Assembly (NCBI GenBank): GCA_013265495.1
Contig: MU058636.1
Coordinates: forward strand, 10,081,066 to 10,145,065
Direction of reading: 5' to 3'
DNA: 64,000 nucleotides
Origin: Vicugna vicugna
Taxonomy: Eukaryota
In this document: positions 12,691-24,510 of the stretch, piece by piece
Layout of the letters: each line of letters opens with the position of its first letter
How positions within the stretch are numbered: the stretch's first letter is position 1
The notes under the pieces: generated by a model
What the model saw: only the letters and a program-made list of their open reading frames with translations
What the model was told of the DNA's origin: nothing
The model's database searches: none
Position numbers and translations under genes: made by a program

Positions 12691-13314
12691 CCAACATTTA
12701 CACACCAGGGGTTGCGGGGGTGGATAGGGAATAGAAGAGCCAATTATTAAATCAGGTAAGGAAGGAATTTTGGGTCCCAGTCATCGTGCTAATTGCCCAA
12801 GGCTAATTTTGAAATATTCAAGAGCCCTCAAAGGGAATGCTGACCTGGGGAATCTTGGACATTTAAAGGGAAGCAGTTACAAGCAGAGAACATTAACGAG
12901 GGAAGAACAGAGACACCCCCTAGGTGACGGCTGCATTTAGAGACGACCAATGCTGGCTGGGAATCCCTCAGGTCAGGGCCAGGTTAGAATTCCATGTCCA
13001 GTTCTCCGCCCAGGGCGACATCTTGGTTTAAGATAAAGGCCATGGCCAGTTGGGTAACGCATGTGGAAGCACGGGGCACGGTGCCTGGCCTGCTGGCTGA
13101 CGTTGGTTGAATAGAATGAAAGAATATTTAAATACCTTCACTAACTTATTTGATTTGCTCTCTTTTTTCCCTCCATACCCAGGAGGTCTGCTGGGCTATG
13201 CTGGTGGGTCCTTTTATCCTCATCCATCCAGCCCAGATCAGCAGTACTTCAGCTTTATGCCTGAGGGGGGGAGCTCTATCTTTAAGCCTCTAATTGTAGT
13301 ATGAGAGTAAGTGG

Positions 13315-13799
13315 TTTTTTTGTTTGTTTGTTTTATTGAAGTATAGTCAGTTTACAACGTTGTGTCAATTTCTGGTGTACAAAGGCAAAACATTACCCGA
13401 CATAAGTCTTAGCAATGTTCTCTTAGGGGAGTCTACCCAGGCAATAGAAATTAAAGCAAAAATAAACAAATGGGACCTAATTAAACTTATTAAGCTTTTG
13501 CACAGCAAAGGAAACCACAAGCACAACAAAAAGACAACCTACAGAATGACAGAAAATATTTGCAAATGATGAGACTGACAAGGACTTAACTTCCAGAGTA
13601 TATAAACAGTTCATACAACTTAATAATAAAAAGAATAGACAACCTAATCCAAAAGAGGGCAGAAGATCTAGACAAGCAATTCTCCAATGAAGACATGCAA
13701 ATGGTCAATAGGCACATGAACAAATACTCAGTATCACTAATTATCAGAGAAATACAAACCAAAACTACAATGAGGTATCACCTCACACCAGTCAGAATG
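13315..13799 (-). mobile_element. Young L1 with 5' inversion: antisense tail 13315-13380, inverted ORF2 piece 13381-13799
   Basis: T-rich tail plus ttattgaagtatagtcagtttacaa (antisense L1 3' end), joined to sense ORF2 translating as QAIEIKAKINKWDLIKL...LHSKGNH. Confidence 0.85.
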
Positions 13800-13853
13800 T
13801 TTGTTTTTTAGCAGAACTTTCAAGTCGCTTTTTAAAAATCCTTCCAGTATGTC

Positions 13854-14059
13854 TTTTTTTTAATGGATGTATAGTCAGTGTACAATATGTCAACTTTTGG
13901 TGTACAGCATAATGTTTCAGTCATACATATACATACGTATATTTCTTTTCATATTTTTCATTATAGTTTACAAGATATTGCATATAGTTCCCTATACAGC
14001 ACAGCAGAAACTTGTTGTTTATGTTATATATATAGTAGTTAGTATCTGCAAATCTTGAA
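13854..14059 (-). mobile_element. Young L1 3' UTR, 5'-truncated
   Basis: Poly(T), then atagtcagtgtacaa...tagtagttagtatctgcaaatc. Same 3' UTR type as 55791-56295. Confidence 0.9.
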
Positions 14060-14173
14060 GAGAGTAAGCATTTTAGTTCCTTCCTTAGAAGATCCGCAAT
14101 CCATTCCTATCCTAGCAAACTGAAAAATCACCTCCTTAGGGGACAAATGGTTATTTTGAAAGATAGTGGAACA

Positions 14174-14441
14174 CAGTTGACCCTTGACAACATGGGGGTT
14201 GGGGCGTAAGCCCTCCACAGAGCTGAAAATCCGAATATAACTTAGAGTTGGCCATGCATGTATGTGCTTCCTCCATATACGTGGTTCCTTCATATCTGCG
14301 GTGCCTCCGCACCCACAGTTCTGTATCCCTGGATTCAACCAACCAAGGACGGTGCGGTACTGTAGTGCTTACTATTGGGAAAAAAAACAACAAAACTGTG
14401 GGCCCGTGTAGTTCAAATCCATGTTGTTTCTGGGTCAACTG
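14174..14441 (+). mobile_element. Tigger2/MER8-type MITE
   Basis: TIRs cagttgacccttgacaac and gttgtttctgggtcaactg. Internal ggattcaaccaacc. Confidence 0.9.
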
Positions 14442-14717
14442 CACTTTTCAATCCAACATATGGTATAAATACTACATTTTGATGAAAACAGCTGGGAAGC
14501 TCCGTGGTCGTTGGCCCTACAGCCTAATAGATTCTTGGCATCAGAAGAATGCTTTTCTGAGCCTTCAGTTTGATCAATGGATTCACACCTCTCCCATGTG
14601 AGTAAACCAACTTTTAAATTCATACTCCCTCGGTTGTTTCTTAAAAGAGTTTACCTTCTGCAATAGCATTTGAACAAACTCCGAGGACACTGAAGAGTCA
14701 AGTTCAAGGTGGCATGT

Positions 14718-14940
14718 GTGAGTCCCCAGCATGTGCCATGCTCTACCCTGGGAACTTCTGAGGGTTAAGTCATTTAGCCCTCACGTAAACTCTGTCAGGT
14801 AAATCTTAATACTAGCTCTGGGTCACGGATGTGGAAACTGTGACCTGAAGAGGCTCAGTCACTTGCCTAAAATCACACGCCCCGTAGGGATGGAACTAGA
14901 ATTCAGACCCGGGCTCCCCGCTCAGAACCCCAGAACTGCT
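14718..14940 (-). mobile_element. MIR SINE
   Basis: tcatttagccctcac...ggatgtggaaactgtg...cacttgcctaaaatcacac. Confidence 0.8.
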
Positions 14941-15184
14941 CACATAGTTTCATTTTAAAATGACCATCATTCCTAGCCTTTTTTGCTGTTATGAAACACA
15001 AATATCTACATCCTGGATTTTCTGACACAAAAGATTTCTCTCAGCGTAAAATAAGACCAAATGTCTAAACAAAAGGAGTTTCCCAGACCACCTCCTGCAC
15101 CTGCCCCGTACGTCCGCCTGTGGGCACAGTGAGTCTCACCCACACCACTCTGGGGCTCCAGTGTTCTACAGCTTTCCAGGTGCT

Positions 15185-15450
15185 CTTGTCACCATTGTAC
15201 TTTAAATGTTTGTTTCTATGTGCTCCCATCACCACTGCCAGGATTTTAAAAACAAGAACCCTGCCTTATTCATATTTATTGTTGTGTAATGACTGCAATG
15301 ATGGCAATGAAAACAGTAACAAAACCAGCAACAATAACGGGGCCTTGCCAGTGCCACACACTGTGCTAAGTGCTCAACATGCGTTATCTCCATTAAGCCT
15401 TTCCATGGCCATCTGGATATGAACCCTGATTACCTTTTGTTCGATGAAGG
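15185..15450. mobile_element. L2 3' end (+) followed by a MIR 3' part (-)
   Basis: tgtttgtttctatgtgctccc...ccttattcatattt, then gtgccacacactgtgctaagtgctcaacatgcgttatctc. Confidence 0.65.
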
Positions 15451-15681
15451 TCTGGCCCACACCAGGTGGCTGATAAAGTTTAACTGATTGATATTCCATA
15501 GCTTTAAAACATATTTTCCTGGAAAAAAAATTAAAGAATAGACTCAAACATGCTAGGGATTCCTAGAGATGGAGAGGCCTGCGCCACTCCTATCTGGGAG
15601 GCAGGAGGGATGGGAGCTCCTGATATATACACAGAGCCACAAGCATTGTCAGGGCATCTCTACCGAGTAACACCAGAAGGA

Positions 15682-15810
15682 CTGTGACCATATGGTTTAG
15701 TCTGCCTGCTAGGGTGTCCATTTACGTCTGTCTTCCTGATGGAGTTATTTATAGAGCCTCCTTTCACTCTCAGAAGTCTTCAGTTCAGAAGCTGTATTAA
15801 CTGGTCACCT
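15682..15810 (-). mobile_element. MER94-like hAT-Blackjack MITE
   Basis: gtgacca...tggtcac TIRs. Internal ttatttatagagcctcctttcactctcagaagt. Confidence 0.75.
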
Positions 15811-16376
15811 CAACCACAAAGACTGAGTGTGACTATGAAACGCTGAGTGTCCACGGTTCTTCTGCAGGCCTCCTGCCCCATACACCACTCTCCTCGCCCC
15901 ACCTTCATAGGCAAAGGGAAAGGTGAGACTGTGACTTGGGACAATCTTGCATTTGTATTAAATGAGGAAGGGGGAGAGCCACACAGTCTGCGGATAAAGG
16001 GCCATGCTGCCAAGCTAAGATTAGCAGAATGATTGGCAGAAGAACTTTGGAGCAAGAGAATCCTGGTGGCAGTATCTTGATACCTGGCCTGGATTTCCCA
16101 TTGAATACATTTAACTGCACGTGTCTCAACTCTGATTATAAAATAAAGAGTGACCACGGGGTTCTACAGAGACAAAAACACTAGTATCCTCAACCTCACA
16201 CCATAAACATGTCTGTAAATAGTTCTATGATCATAAGAAAAGCACGGAAAGATAGAAACTAGTGTGCTGCGGTGGTATGGGGCAGGGGGCAGGGTGTTGG
16301 AACATCCAACGGGACTGAAGAGGAGGAGGAGATTAGTCAAAGAACACATGAAAAGAATCATTTTAAAGACTAAACT

Positions 16377-16709
16377 TGCTATGGTCTGAATGTTTGCGCC
16401 CCCCATAAATTCGTATGCTGAAATCCTAATCCACAAAGACAATGGTATTAGGCCATTGGGAGGTGATTAGGTCATGAGGGTGGAGCCCTTATAAAAGACA
16501 CCGCAGAGAGTTTACCTGCCCCTTCCACCGTGTGAAGACACGGCCAGAAGACGGCCCTCTAGGAACCAGGAAGATGTGCCCTTACCCAATCATGCTGGCA
16601 CCCTGGTCTCAGGCCACCAGCCTGCAGAACTGTGAGAAATAAATTTCTGTTGTTTATAAGCTACTCTGTCTGTGGTATGTCATTATAGAGACCCAAACAG
16701 ACCACAACA
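16377..16709 (+). mobile_element. MaLR solo LTR (MLT1A/MLT1A0-like)
   Basis: TG...CA termini. tgctatggtctgaatgtttg...agaactgtgagaaataaatttctgttgtttataagc. Confidence 0.9.
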
Positions 16710-17319
16710 GCACTGAAAAAGAAAAGAATTAAATTATAGGATGGCATTTTTGCATTTATGTTCAATTACGTATGTGCGTATATGGAAAAAGGATAAAGTG
16801 CTGGTCCAGGATTTGATGCTGCAGAGGCTCTGTGAGAATATCTTGTCCACTGAGCCTCCCAAGCTCGTAGTGTGATGCCTGCAGTACACACATTCCTGGA
16901 GAGAAAAAGCAAGGAAGCAGCTTGCGCGAACTGCACTGCTTCCTGGCTGTGTGGCTCTGAGCAACGCTCCCTGACTCCAACAGCAGCTGAGAGACAGCGA
17001 CCATAGTCTCTGTCACTCAGGCAATGACAAAGGGCGGGTCTGAGCAAAAAGTTTCTACCGACCACAAGTCTGCCCAGATAACCCTAGACAAGGTGGCCAC
17101 CATGGGGCTGCAGTGACAGCCTGCTTTGAAGCTATTGTGTTTGATCTTTCCGCCTTTTTTAATTCACAAACTGTACTCACACACCACACAGAAAGGCAAA
17201 AAAACAAGAAACAAAAAAAAACATCCGAACCCACCAGTTTTCCAAAAAGATGTGCATTTTTCAAATTCATACTTTTAAAGATGTGAATGCCATCCCTCAA
17301 CATTTTTTTATTATTTAGA

Positions 17320-17980
17320 TGTATAAGCATATTCTTTTTTTTAACAAAATAAGATCAGGTGTTTATATTATTCTACAAATCAGAATTTATGTGATTCTCC
17401 TCTTTCAACTTTTATTCTCTCTCAATATATACAGGTACTTTCCCAGGTTTGATCAGAGAAAGCTACTCTATCCGTCAGCTATTGTTGCAGTAATGATGGG
17501 TCACAAATCATCCCCAAACTCAATGACTTTCAACAACTAGCCTTTTTTTTCATTCACAATGAGTGCCTCAGTCACCTGGGCTCACCTGGACTCTGAACTT
17601 CAGGTTGGGTCCCGTCTGCTCTATGCGTCTGTTATCACCTGCCTTGGACCAAACAACTAGAGGATCAGATTCTTCTAACACAGATGCAGAAGCTCAAGAC
17701 AAGTAAGTGGAAGCACATAATGCCTCGTAAGGTCTAGGCTGGACACCTCATCACTTCCGTTCACATTTCATCAGCCAAAGCAAGTCACGTGGCCAAGTTC
17801 AATATTGGTGGAGTTGGAGAATATCCTCCTCCACTTCTGGGAGACTCGGCACAGTCATCGACAAAGGGTGTGGTGACAGGGAGGGTTCACTGCATGAGAA
17901 AGGATGTAGGATGCTATAGTAAAAATGTATCTTACTTTATTTAATCATTTCCCACTGATTAAAATTAGGTCACTTCCAAC
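17320..17980 (-). mobile_element. Old L1ME-type 3' fragment interrupted by an MLT1 LTR
   Basis: ttttaacaaaataagatc...tattctac before the LTR and tttatttaatcatttcccactgat...ttaggtcacttccaa after it. Confidence 0.5.
17468..17890 (-). mobile_element. MaLR solo LTR (MLT1K/L-like)
   Basis: gtcagctattgttgcagtaatg...ccccaaactcaatgact...cacatttcatcagccaaagcaagtcacgtggccaag. Confidence 0.8.
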
Positions 17981-18009
17981 TAACAGTCACGAAAATACAC
18001 TCCACCAAG

Positions 18010-18165
18010 CCTCTCATCTAATCATCATGACAAGTGTGAAGAGTAGTAATGTTAAACCCCATTGAAGAATCAGGAGGAAACTGGCCCTTACCACAAAGGG
18101 TTAGTAAATTGCCGCGGGTCATTCCTTTAGGGAGGAATCCAGGTGAGCCTCAGACACAAAAATCT
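18010..18165 (-). mobile_element. Degraded MIR
   Basis: ctcatctaatcatcatgac...gaggaaactg...agtaaattgccgcgggtca. Confidence 0.6.
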
Positions 18166-19903
18166 TCTCATCACAGCCGCTTCAAAATCATTCCTGGGAT
18201 TTGGTGCTTGATCAGAAGTGTCTCCTCCAAGGAGCTGCGAAGAACATGCAACTTGTCCTGTTTGCCTTTTGTCTGAGTTTCTGTGAAGCCAGGAGCCAAA
18301 TTTAAGTCTCAATCAAGGCAACTTTCTTACAATCAGCATATCCATAGACTCATTTTCTTTGGTTCTAATCATCCATTTCTATTTAGTTCAACCTTATTGT
18401 AATGTTCTTTTTTGCAAGCTTCCTTAATTTTTAAAATAAAGAATCAGTGTAGTGTTATTTTGAATTTTCAGAGCATCACAATCTCCTGTTCAAGGTACTG
18501 AAGAGTCAGGCTCTAATGACACATGGTCACTGCCCCAGACTTCCAGACTCCAGAACCTTCTGGAACCTGGCCAGTATGTGTTTACCAGTCACCCTCCCTG
18601 CTACCAGAGGACGGGGAAGGAAGAAGAATGCAGATTTCAAATGAGTCCATTTTGCTAGTTAGCAGCAACTCACTCTGATGGCAATTTAATAGAGGTGGAA
18701 CATTAACAGGCAGTGTTCCTCCCTGCCTCCCAACACCCGAGAAAGTCCAGGGGTGGATATGAGTGCTGTACACAGTATCTGGCCCTTGTCAGTTACTTGA
18801 TAAATGCATAATGATACATGGTCATCTATTCATCAAATAGAAGTAAACATGATCAACACTCAAAAGGCAACTCTATTTGTCAATTTTCAGTCTTACATTT
18901 TTGGGCTCTTGCATTTTCAAAAGCAGTAGCAATTTAAAGATAACCTCCCACCACCAATCTCCAGACAGCATCCTTTGGAATCATCTGTGTTTGTTCTCTG
19001 TAATCCTTATTCCAGGACTCACCTCCTTCCCCATCATCAAAGAGTAAACAGCAAGTAGCAGATACCCAGAGACTACCACCGCACTGCTTGGCGAGTCTGG
19101 TAGCCCAGCAGCAGTCACCAACCCCAGAGCCCAAGCTTTCAAAGGTGGTTTTATTGGCAGCACCCATCCATATGCATTTCTCATATGTTAAAGGTGACGC
19201 TTCAGAAGCTTCTTTAAAGTGGAAAGGGAAAGGACCGATGTTAGCTGGTACTGTAGGCAGATTTACAGTTCAATTTCTATCCATCAGACTTGGAACACAC
19301 TTTTAGCAAAGCATATCAAGTTTATTTCTTCTCCAATGGTCTAACTCAGTTGGAGAGAGGGGAAAGGGAATTACTTTACTCCACTATCATTGGTATCAAA
19401 TCCAGCTCCTTGCCTCGTGTAAAGGGGAGAAAAGACAGTCAGAAGGTGTGATACAGAGCAGAGTTAGAGACCTCTGTTTAAAAGGACAAGTTGGTCTAAA
19501 CACCTTGAGGCTTCCTGTCCACTAGACTCAACTCCTTTGCCAGCCCCGGTGCTTCCCCATGAATTTGCCCTGGTACATGAGGTTTTATGAAAGCCAGTGA
19601 AGAAGAAGAAGAAGAGTGAAAAGAAAGAACCATAAAGAGGCCTGGTGACTCAGGAACACATTGCCAAGCTCCACTCTTCACGTGTAACTTCTTCCCAAAG
19701 TCAGTCACAGCAGTCAAGGATCTTGATTTTTTTCATTTTTACTCAGTCTCTGAAATTATCAAGGCTTCTGCCAAATAGTGTTTAGGACAATAATTTTAGA
19801 CCCCTTTGAGGTCAATCTGTTCCTCAATGTCACTTTTTTTTCTGTTTTTACATTCTATACCAGTCTAGAAGGAACATAAGATATTGACATAAAGAAAAGA
19901 AGG

Positions 19904-21377
19904 TTATGCACAGTGAAGGATTCTATCAACAAAATTCACAGGCCATCTTACTGAATAGGAGAAGATATCTGCAAACAATATATCCATTAAGGGGTGAATA
20001 TCCAAAATATACAAAGTCATAACTCAACACCAAAAAAAACCCAATTAAAAAGTGGCCAGAGGATGTGAATAGATATTTTTCCAAAGAAGGTATGCAGATG
20101 GCCAAGAGGTATGTGAAAAGATGCTCAATGTCCTTAATTATCAGAGAAATGCAAATGAAAACTCCAATGAGACATCACCTCACACCAGTCAGAATGGCTG
20201 TTACCAAAAAGACAACCAATAACAAGTATTGGTGAGGATGTGGGGAAAAGGGAATCCTCATGCACTTTTGGTAGGAATGTAAATTGGTGCAGCAACAAGG
20301 GAAAACAGTATGGAGGGTCTTCAAAAAATTAAAAACAGAACTACCATGTGATCCAGCAATTCCACTCCTGGGTATTTATCTGAAGAAAACAAAAACACTA
20401 ATTAGAAAAGATATATGCACCTTTATGTCCATTGCAGCATTATTTACAACAGCTGAGATATGAAAGCAACATAAGTGCCCACTGATAGATGAATGGATAA
20501 AGAAGATGTGATGTATGTATTCAATGGAATATTAGCCACAAAGAGAATGACATCTTGCCATTTTTGACAACATGGATGAACCTAGAAGGTATTATACTAA
20601 GGTAAGACAGACAGAGAAAGACAAATATTGTATGAGTTTACTTATCTGTAGAATCTAAAAAACAAAATAAATGAACAAACATAACTAAAGGGAAACAGAG
20701 TCATAGATATAGAGAACAAACAGGTGGTTTCCAGAGCTGAGGGGGTTGGAGGGGAAGAGAGAAATAGGTAAGGGAAATTAAGAGGTACAAACTACCAGTT
20801 GCAAAATAAATGAATTACGAGTATGAAATAAATGTACAGTCTGGGGAAGATAGTCAATAATTACATAACATCTTTGGTTACCATTGTGATCATTCTGAAA
20901 TGCACAGAAATAGGAAATCACTGTGCTGTATACCAGGAACTAACATGATGCTGTAGGTCAGTTATACTTAAAAAGAAAAAAAATCCCAAACAAACTCATA
21001 GAGAAAGAGATCAGATTTGTGGTTATCAGAAGCAGAGGGGATGGGGAACTGAATGAAGGCAGTGAAAAAGTACAAACTTCCAGTTATAAAATAAATAAAT
21101 ACTAGGGATGTAATGTACCATACGATAAATATAATTAACACGGATCTGTTTATACATGAAAGTTAAGAGAGAAATCTTAAGAGTTCTCATCACAAGGAAA
21201 AATTTTTTTCTATTTCTTTAATTTTGTATCCGTTTGAGATGATGCATGTTCACTAAACTTACGGTGATCATCATTTTAAGATGTTAAGTCAAATCATTAT
21301 GCTGCACACCTTGAGCTTACACAGTCCTGTGTGTCAATTATATCTCACTAAATACAACTGAAAGGAAAAAAAAAAAA
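19904..21377 (+). mobile_element. L1 (L1MA9-like laurasiatherian type): ORF2 C-terminus, 3' UTR and poly(A)
   Basis: Decayed ORF2 including the CCHC region ([18 protein letters not shown]). Poly(A) at 21366-21377. Approximate target-site duplication (TSD) aaaagaaggtta / aaaagaagaggtta. Confidence 0.95.
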
Positions 21378-21949
21378 GAAGAGGTTAAAATGTATTCCCC
21401 ATTCATTACAATATCTGCAGATCAAATAACACCATAATGTGTCAGTGGTTGTCCTGAAACAAGGAGCTGTCTGGCTACCAGGTTAAAAAGGAAGTGTAGC
21501 CCCAAGGTTATCATGGGAAACAGAGTGCTGTGGGGAAGGTCCACTGGGCCCAGTCATCCCGCTCCCCTCTGGACCCTCCCAGGTTCTCCTGCGCTCAAGC
21601 TCTTTGGGGTGGAGAAACTCTTGCACAAGCATCCAGCGGCCATGCAAGTGTGATTTGGGGAGATGTTGATGAAACCAAGCCTTAGCACGTAAACTTTGCA
21701 CCCCAACACCTGTGAAGCCCACCCCTTTCCCACCACCACTGCCCCAGTGCATGGAAGCCCAAGTGCATAAGACATTCGTCCCTGCGGACACCTGCACTGG
21801 GTCAAGGTGGGGCTTGGGGGCTCCCATTGGAGACTTAATCTCATGCTTTCAGCCAGCCATTCTATAAAATGCAACCAATCTGCACGTAAAGGCAACAAAG
21901 AAACAGCACAGAAACATCTGTTACCAAAAGCCACTCACATATGAGTGGA

Positions 21950-22045
21950 AGGGTCTGGTTTCAAAGTCATGGGGTCTGACCCTGACCACTTAAAGAAATG
22001 TGGCTTTGAGCCAGCCACTTAACTTCTCTGAGTCCAGTTCCCTGC
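21950..22045 (+). mobile_element. MIR fragment
   Basis: ccctgaccactt...tgtggctttgagccagccacttaacttctctgagtccagtt. Confidence 0.65.
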
Positions 22046-23059
22046 GTGAAAGTGAGGTTATAGAAATAAAAGTGTTTTGTTCACGCAAGCACCAGGCGAA
22101 AAGAGATTTATACAGAGGAATGCCCGTTAAGGAACCAGGTCATTAGGCCGACACCTCCACAGCGCAAGTGCTGCTTCTCATCTCAGGCACACTGTACGAG
22201 ATGCTCTACGCTTAGTAAGAGTCTCTGTTTTAACATTTAATTGCCCCTGCACAGTAGGTGCGCTGCCCAGGACCAAACCGCGGGAGCATTTTGATGCTAT
22301 GCGTCACTTCTGGGTATACAGGAACTTACAGGCGAAGGAAAGAGAAATGATCACCTTTCTGGATTAAAACCATTTAAAATATGCAAAGTTATGATAAGCC
22401 ACCCACTCTCCCAGGAGCCCAGCATCCTTAAGCGAGACCCTGCGAGCTCAATTAATCTGTTTTCCAGCTCAGTTCCATTGACATTACATTAATATGGGGA
22501 AAATTCCTCACAAGCACTTTTTCCATGAGAAAACAATTATCATGCTGTCCCTTATTCTGGCTGTAAATTCCTGCCGCTTCTGTTTCCCCAATTCAAGACA
22601 CTTTTAGAGGAAGAACACAATTCTCATAGAGCCACAGAAAATATATGTCTGGGCTCAATACATCCGCCCTCCACCGCTAGCCCTGATTGGGGAGAGGCAG
22701 GAAGATGGATGAAAAATACTCTTATAAGGAGACTCAGTCCTTGGCCCAGAAGAGCGGGTGTCTAAGGGCAGGTGAGCACAGGAGAGGGGATGGGGGCCTT
22801 CTGGCCAGATGGAAAAAGAATTGCCACCCTCAGGGGCCCCTGGGCAGCCGGGGGCTCAGACCAGACCTTCTGGAGAGGGGATTGGGAAGCAGAAGCCCCA
22901 TGGGTAGCATCCAGGAGCTTTTATAACCCGCTGATAATCAGAGCAGAGGAGCAGGCTCTCTGGCTTGCCCTTGGACAGAGCGGGCAGACTGGAGCAGTGG
23001 GAGGGAAGCACTGTGACACTCATGCCACACCTTTTATTTTACTTGAATCTCTTCCTGTT

Positions 23060-23260
23060 CATCTTTAATGAAAAACCATTCTGAAGAGTTTTGAGTGGCC
23101 AAGCAATATCAGATTGGCGTGTTAGCTAAATTTGATAATGATGTGCAAATGGATTTGGAGCAGGGGAGTTCCAGGAGGTGGGAAACCAGGCAGGAGGCTG
23201 AGGAAAGGTTTCAGGAAGAGGTTAACGAGGGCCTGAACCCAAGGAGTGGCAGAGGCAGAG
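23060..23260 (-). mobile_element. L2 fragment
   Basis: aatggatttggag...gggaaaccaggcaggaggctg...caggaagagg...gagggcctgaacccaaggagtggcag. Confidence 0.7.
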
Positions 23261-23709
23261 GCGTCACCCTGACGTGGAATATCAGTCCTGAATCTTAAAC
23301 CCGTGCACGCGGGGGCAGAGATGAAGGCACACCGCACTGGCGCCCGCCCCACCCAGGATCTTGGAAACCAGGAGTCAGAGGGACTCCTCCCGAGAGCTTG
23401 TCACAGAATTTGCCACTGTCTGTATGTTTTATTCATACATCATCAGTCATCCTCTAAAAAATTAAAACACCATTCACAACAGTTTTAATGTGGAATTCAT
23501 ACAACTTTAACGAAATCAAGAGCCATGTTAATGAAAAGTACAGAACTTATTACTAATTCCAGTGATCACCTCCCTTAACAGGTAAGAATCTTGAAATGAA
23601 AAACGATGTTAGTTTGGAAACAAACCTTTTGAATGAATAGGAATTTATAATAATTATTAATAACATCAATACTAATTAATATTAGTAATTCATTCAAAAT
23701 ATTTTTAAT

Positions 23710-24135
23710 GTGCATATAGGTGGAACTACAAGGATGTTCACGGTCACCTTATTACTAATCTCAAAATTTGGAAACAGTTTCATTGTCCAAAAAGAAAGAA
23801 TGATTTGAATAAGTTATCATGTATTCATATGACGAAATACTTCTTAAGACTTAAACATATTGTTGTAGAAGCGTATTTATTTAAATGGAAAGACATTCTG
23901 TTGTTGGGTGAAAAAAAACAAATTACCAAAAAGCTTGCAGCATATGAGCTCACTATTGCTTAAAAACAAAAGGATGTGCATAGAAAGACATCTAGAGGGA
24001 TACACACCAAAATGTTAACGAGAGTTATAGCAAGAGGAGAGGTATGAATAATTTTTATTTTCTCCTGTTTGCTTCTCGGTTTTTTTTATCATTGCTTTGT
24101 TTCTAAAATGAACACATATTACGTGTGTGATAACA
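23710..24135 (+). mobile_element. L1ME4-like 3' end
   Basis: acaaggatgttcac...ttggaaacag...catagaaagacatctagagggatacacaccaaaatgttaac...atgaacacatattac. Confidence 0.8.
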
Positions 24136-24289
24136 GACATGTTTTTGAAGACATGCATGTGGTATTATGAATCGGAGTGTAAGATTTCAGGAACAAGGCA
24201 GTGAGCACCAGAATGAAAGGGGAGGCAGGGGACTGGCGCAGTTGGAATCGGGATTCTAATAGAAATAGAGGACTAGAATACGTGGAGCA

Positions 24290-24510
24290 AACACCCGAGA
24301 GCCAGGCTTTGGATTCCCAGCTCAGCCCTCTGTGATGCTGGCCAAGTTACTTAGCCTCTTTTTTGAGTTTCCTCATCTGTGAAATGGGTGAAAAATAATC
24401 GTACCTACCCCACTTTGCTGTAAAGAGCTACATGAGTTAATATAGGTAAATCAAGTATCTCAGCTGCCAGTGAAGTCTGGCATGTGCTAAGCTTTAATGG
24501 CACTTATTTA
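24290..24510 (+). mobile_element. MIR SINE
   Basis: ccaagttacttagcctct...gtttcctcatctgtgaaatggg...gtacctacc. Confidence 0.85.

Noticed and set aside
23640..23710. AT-rich palindromic-looking stretch
   Set aside because: Low-complexity sequence next to an L1ME. The dyads arise trivially from base composition.
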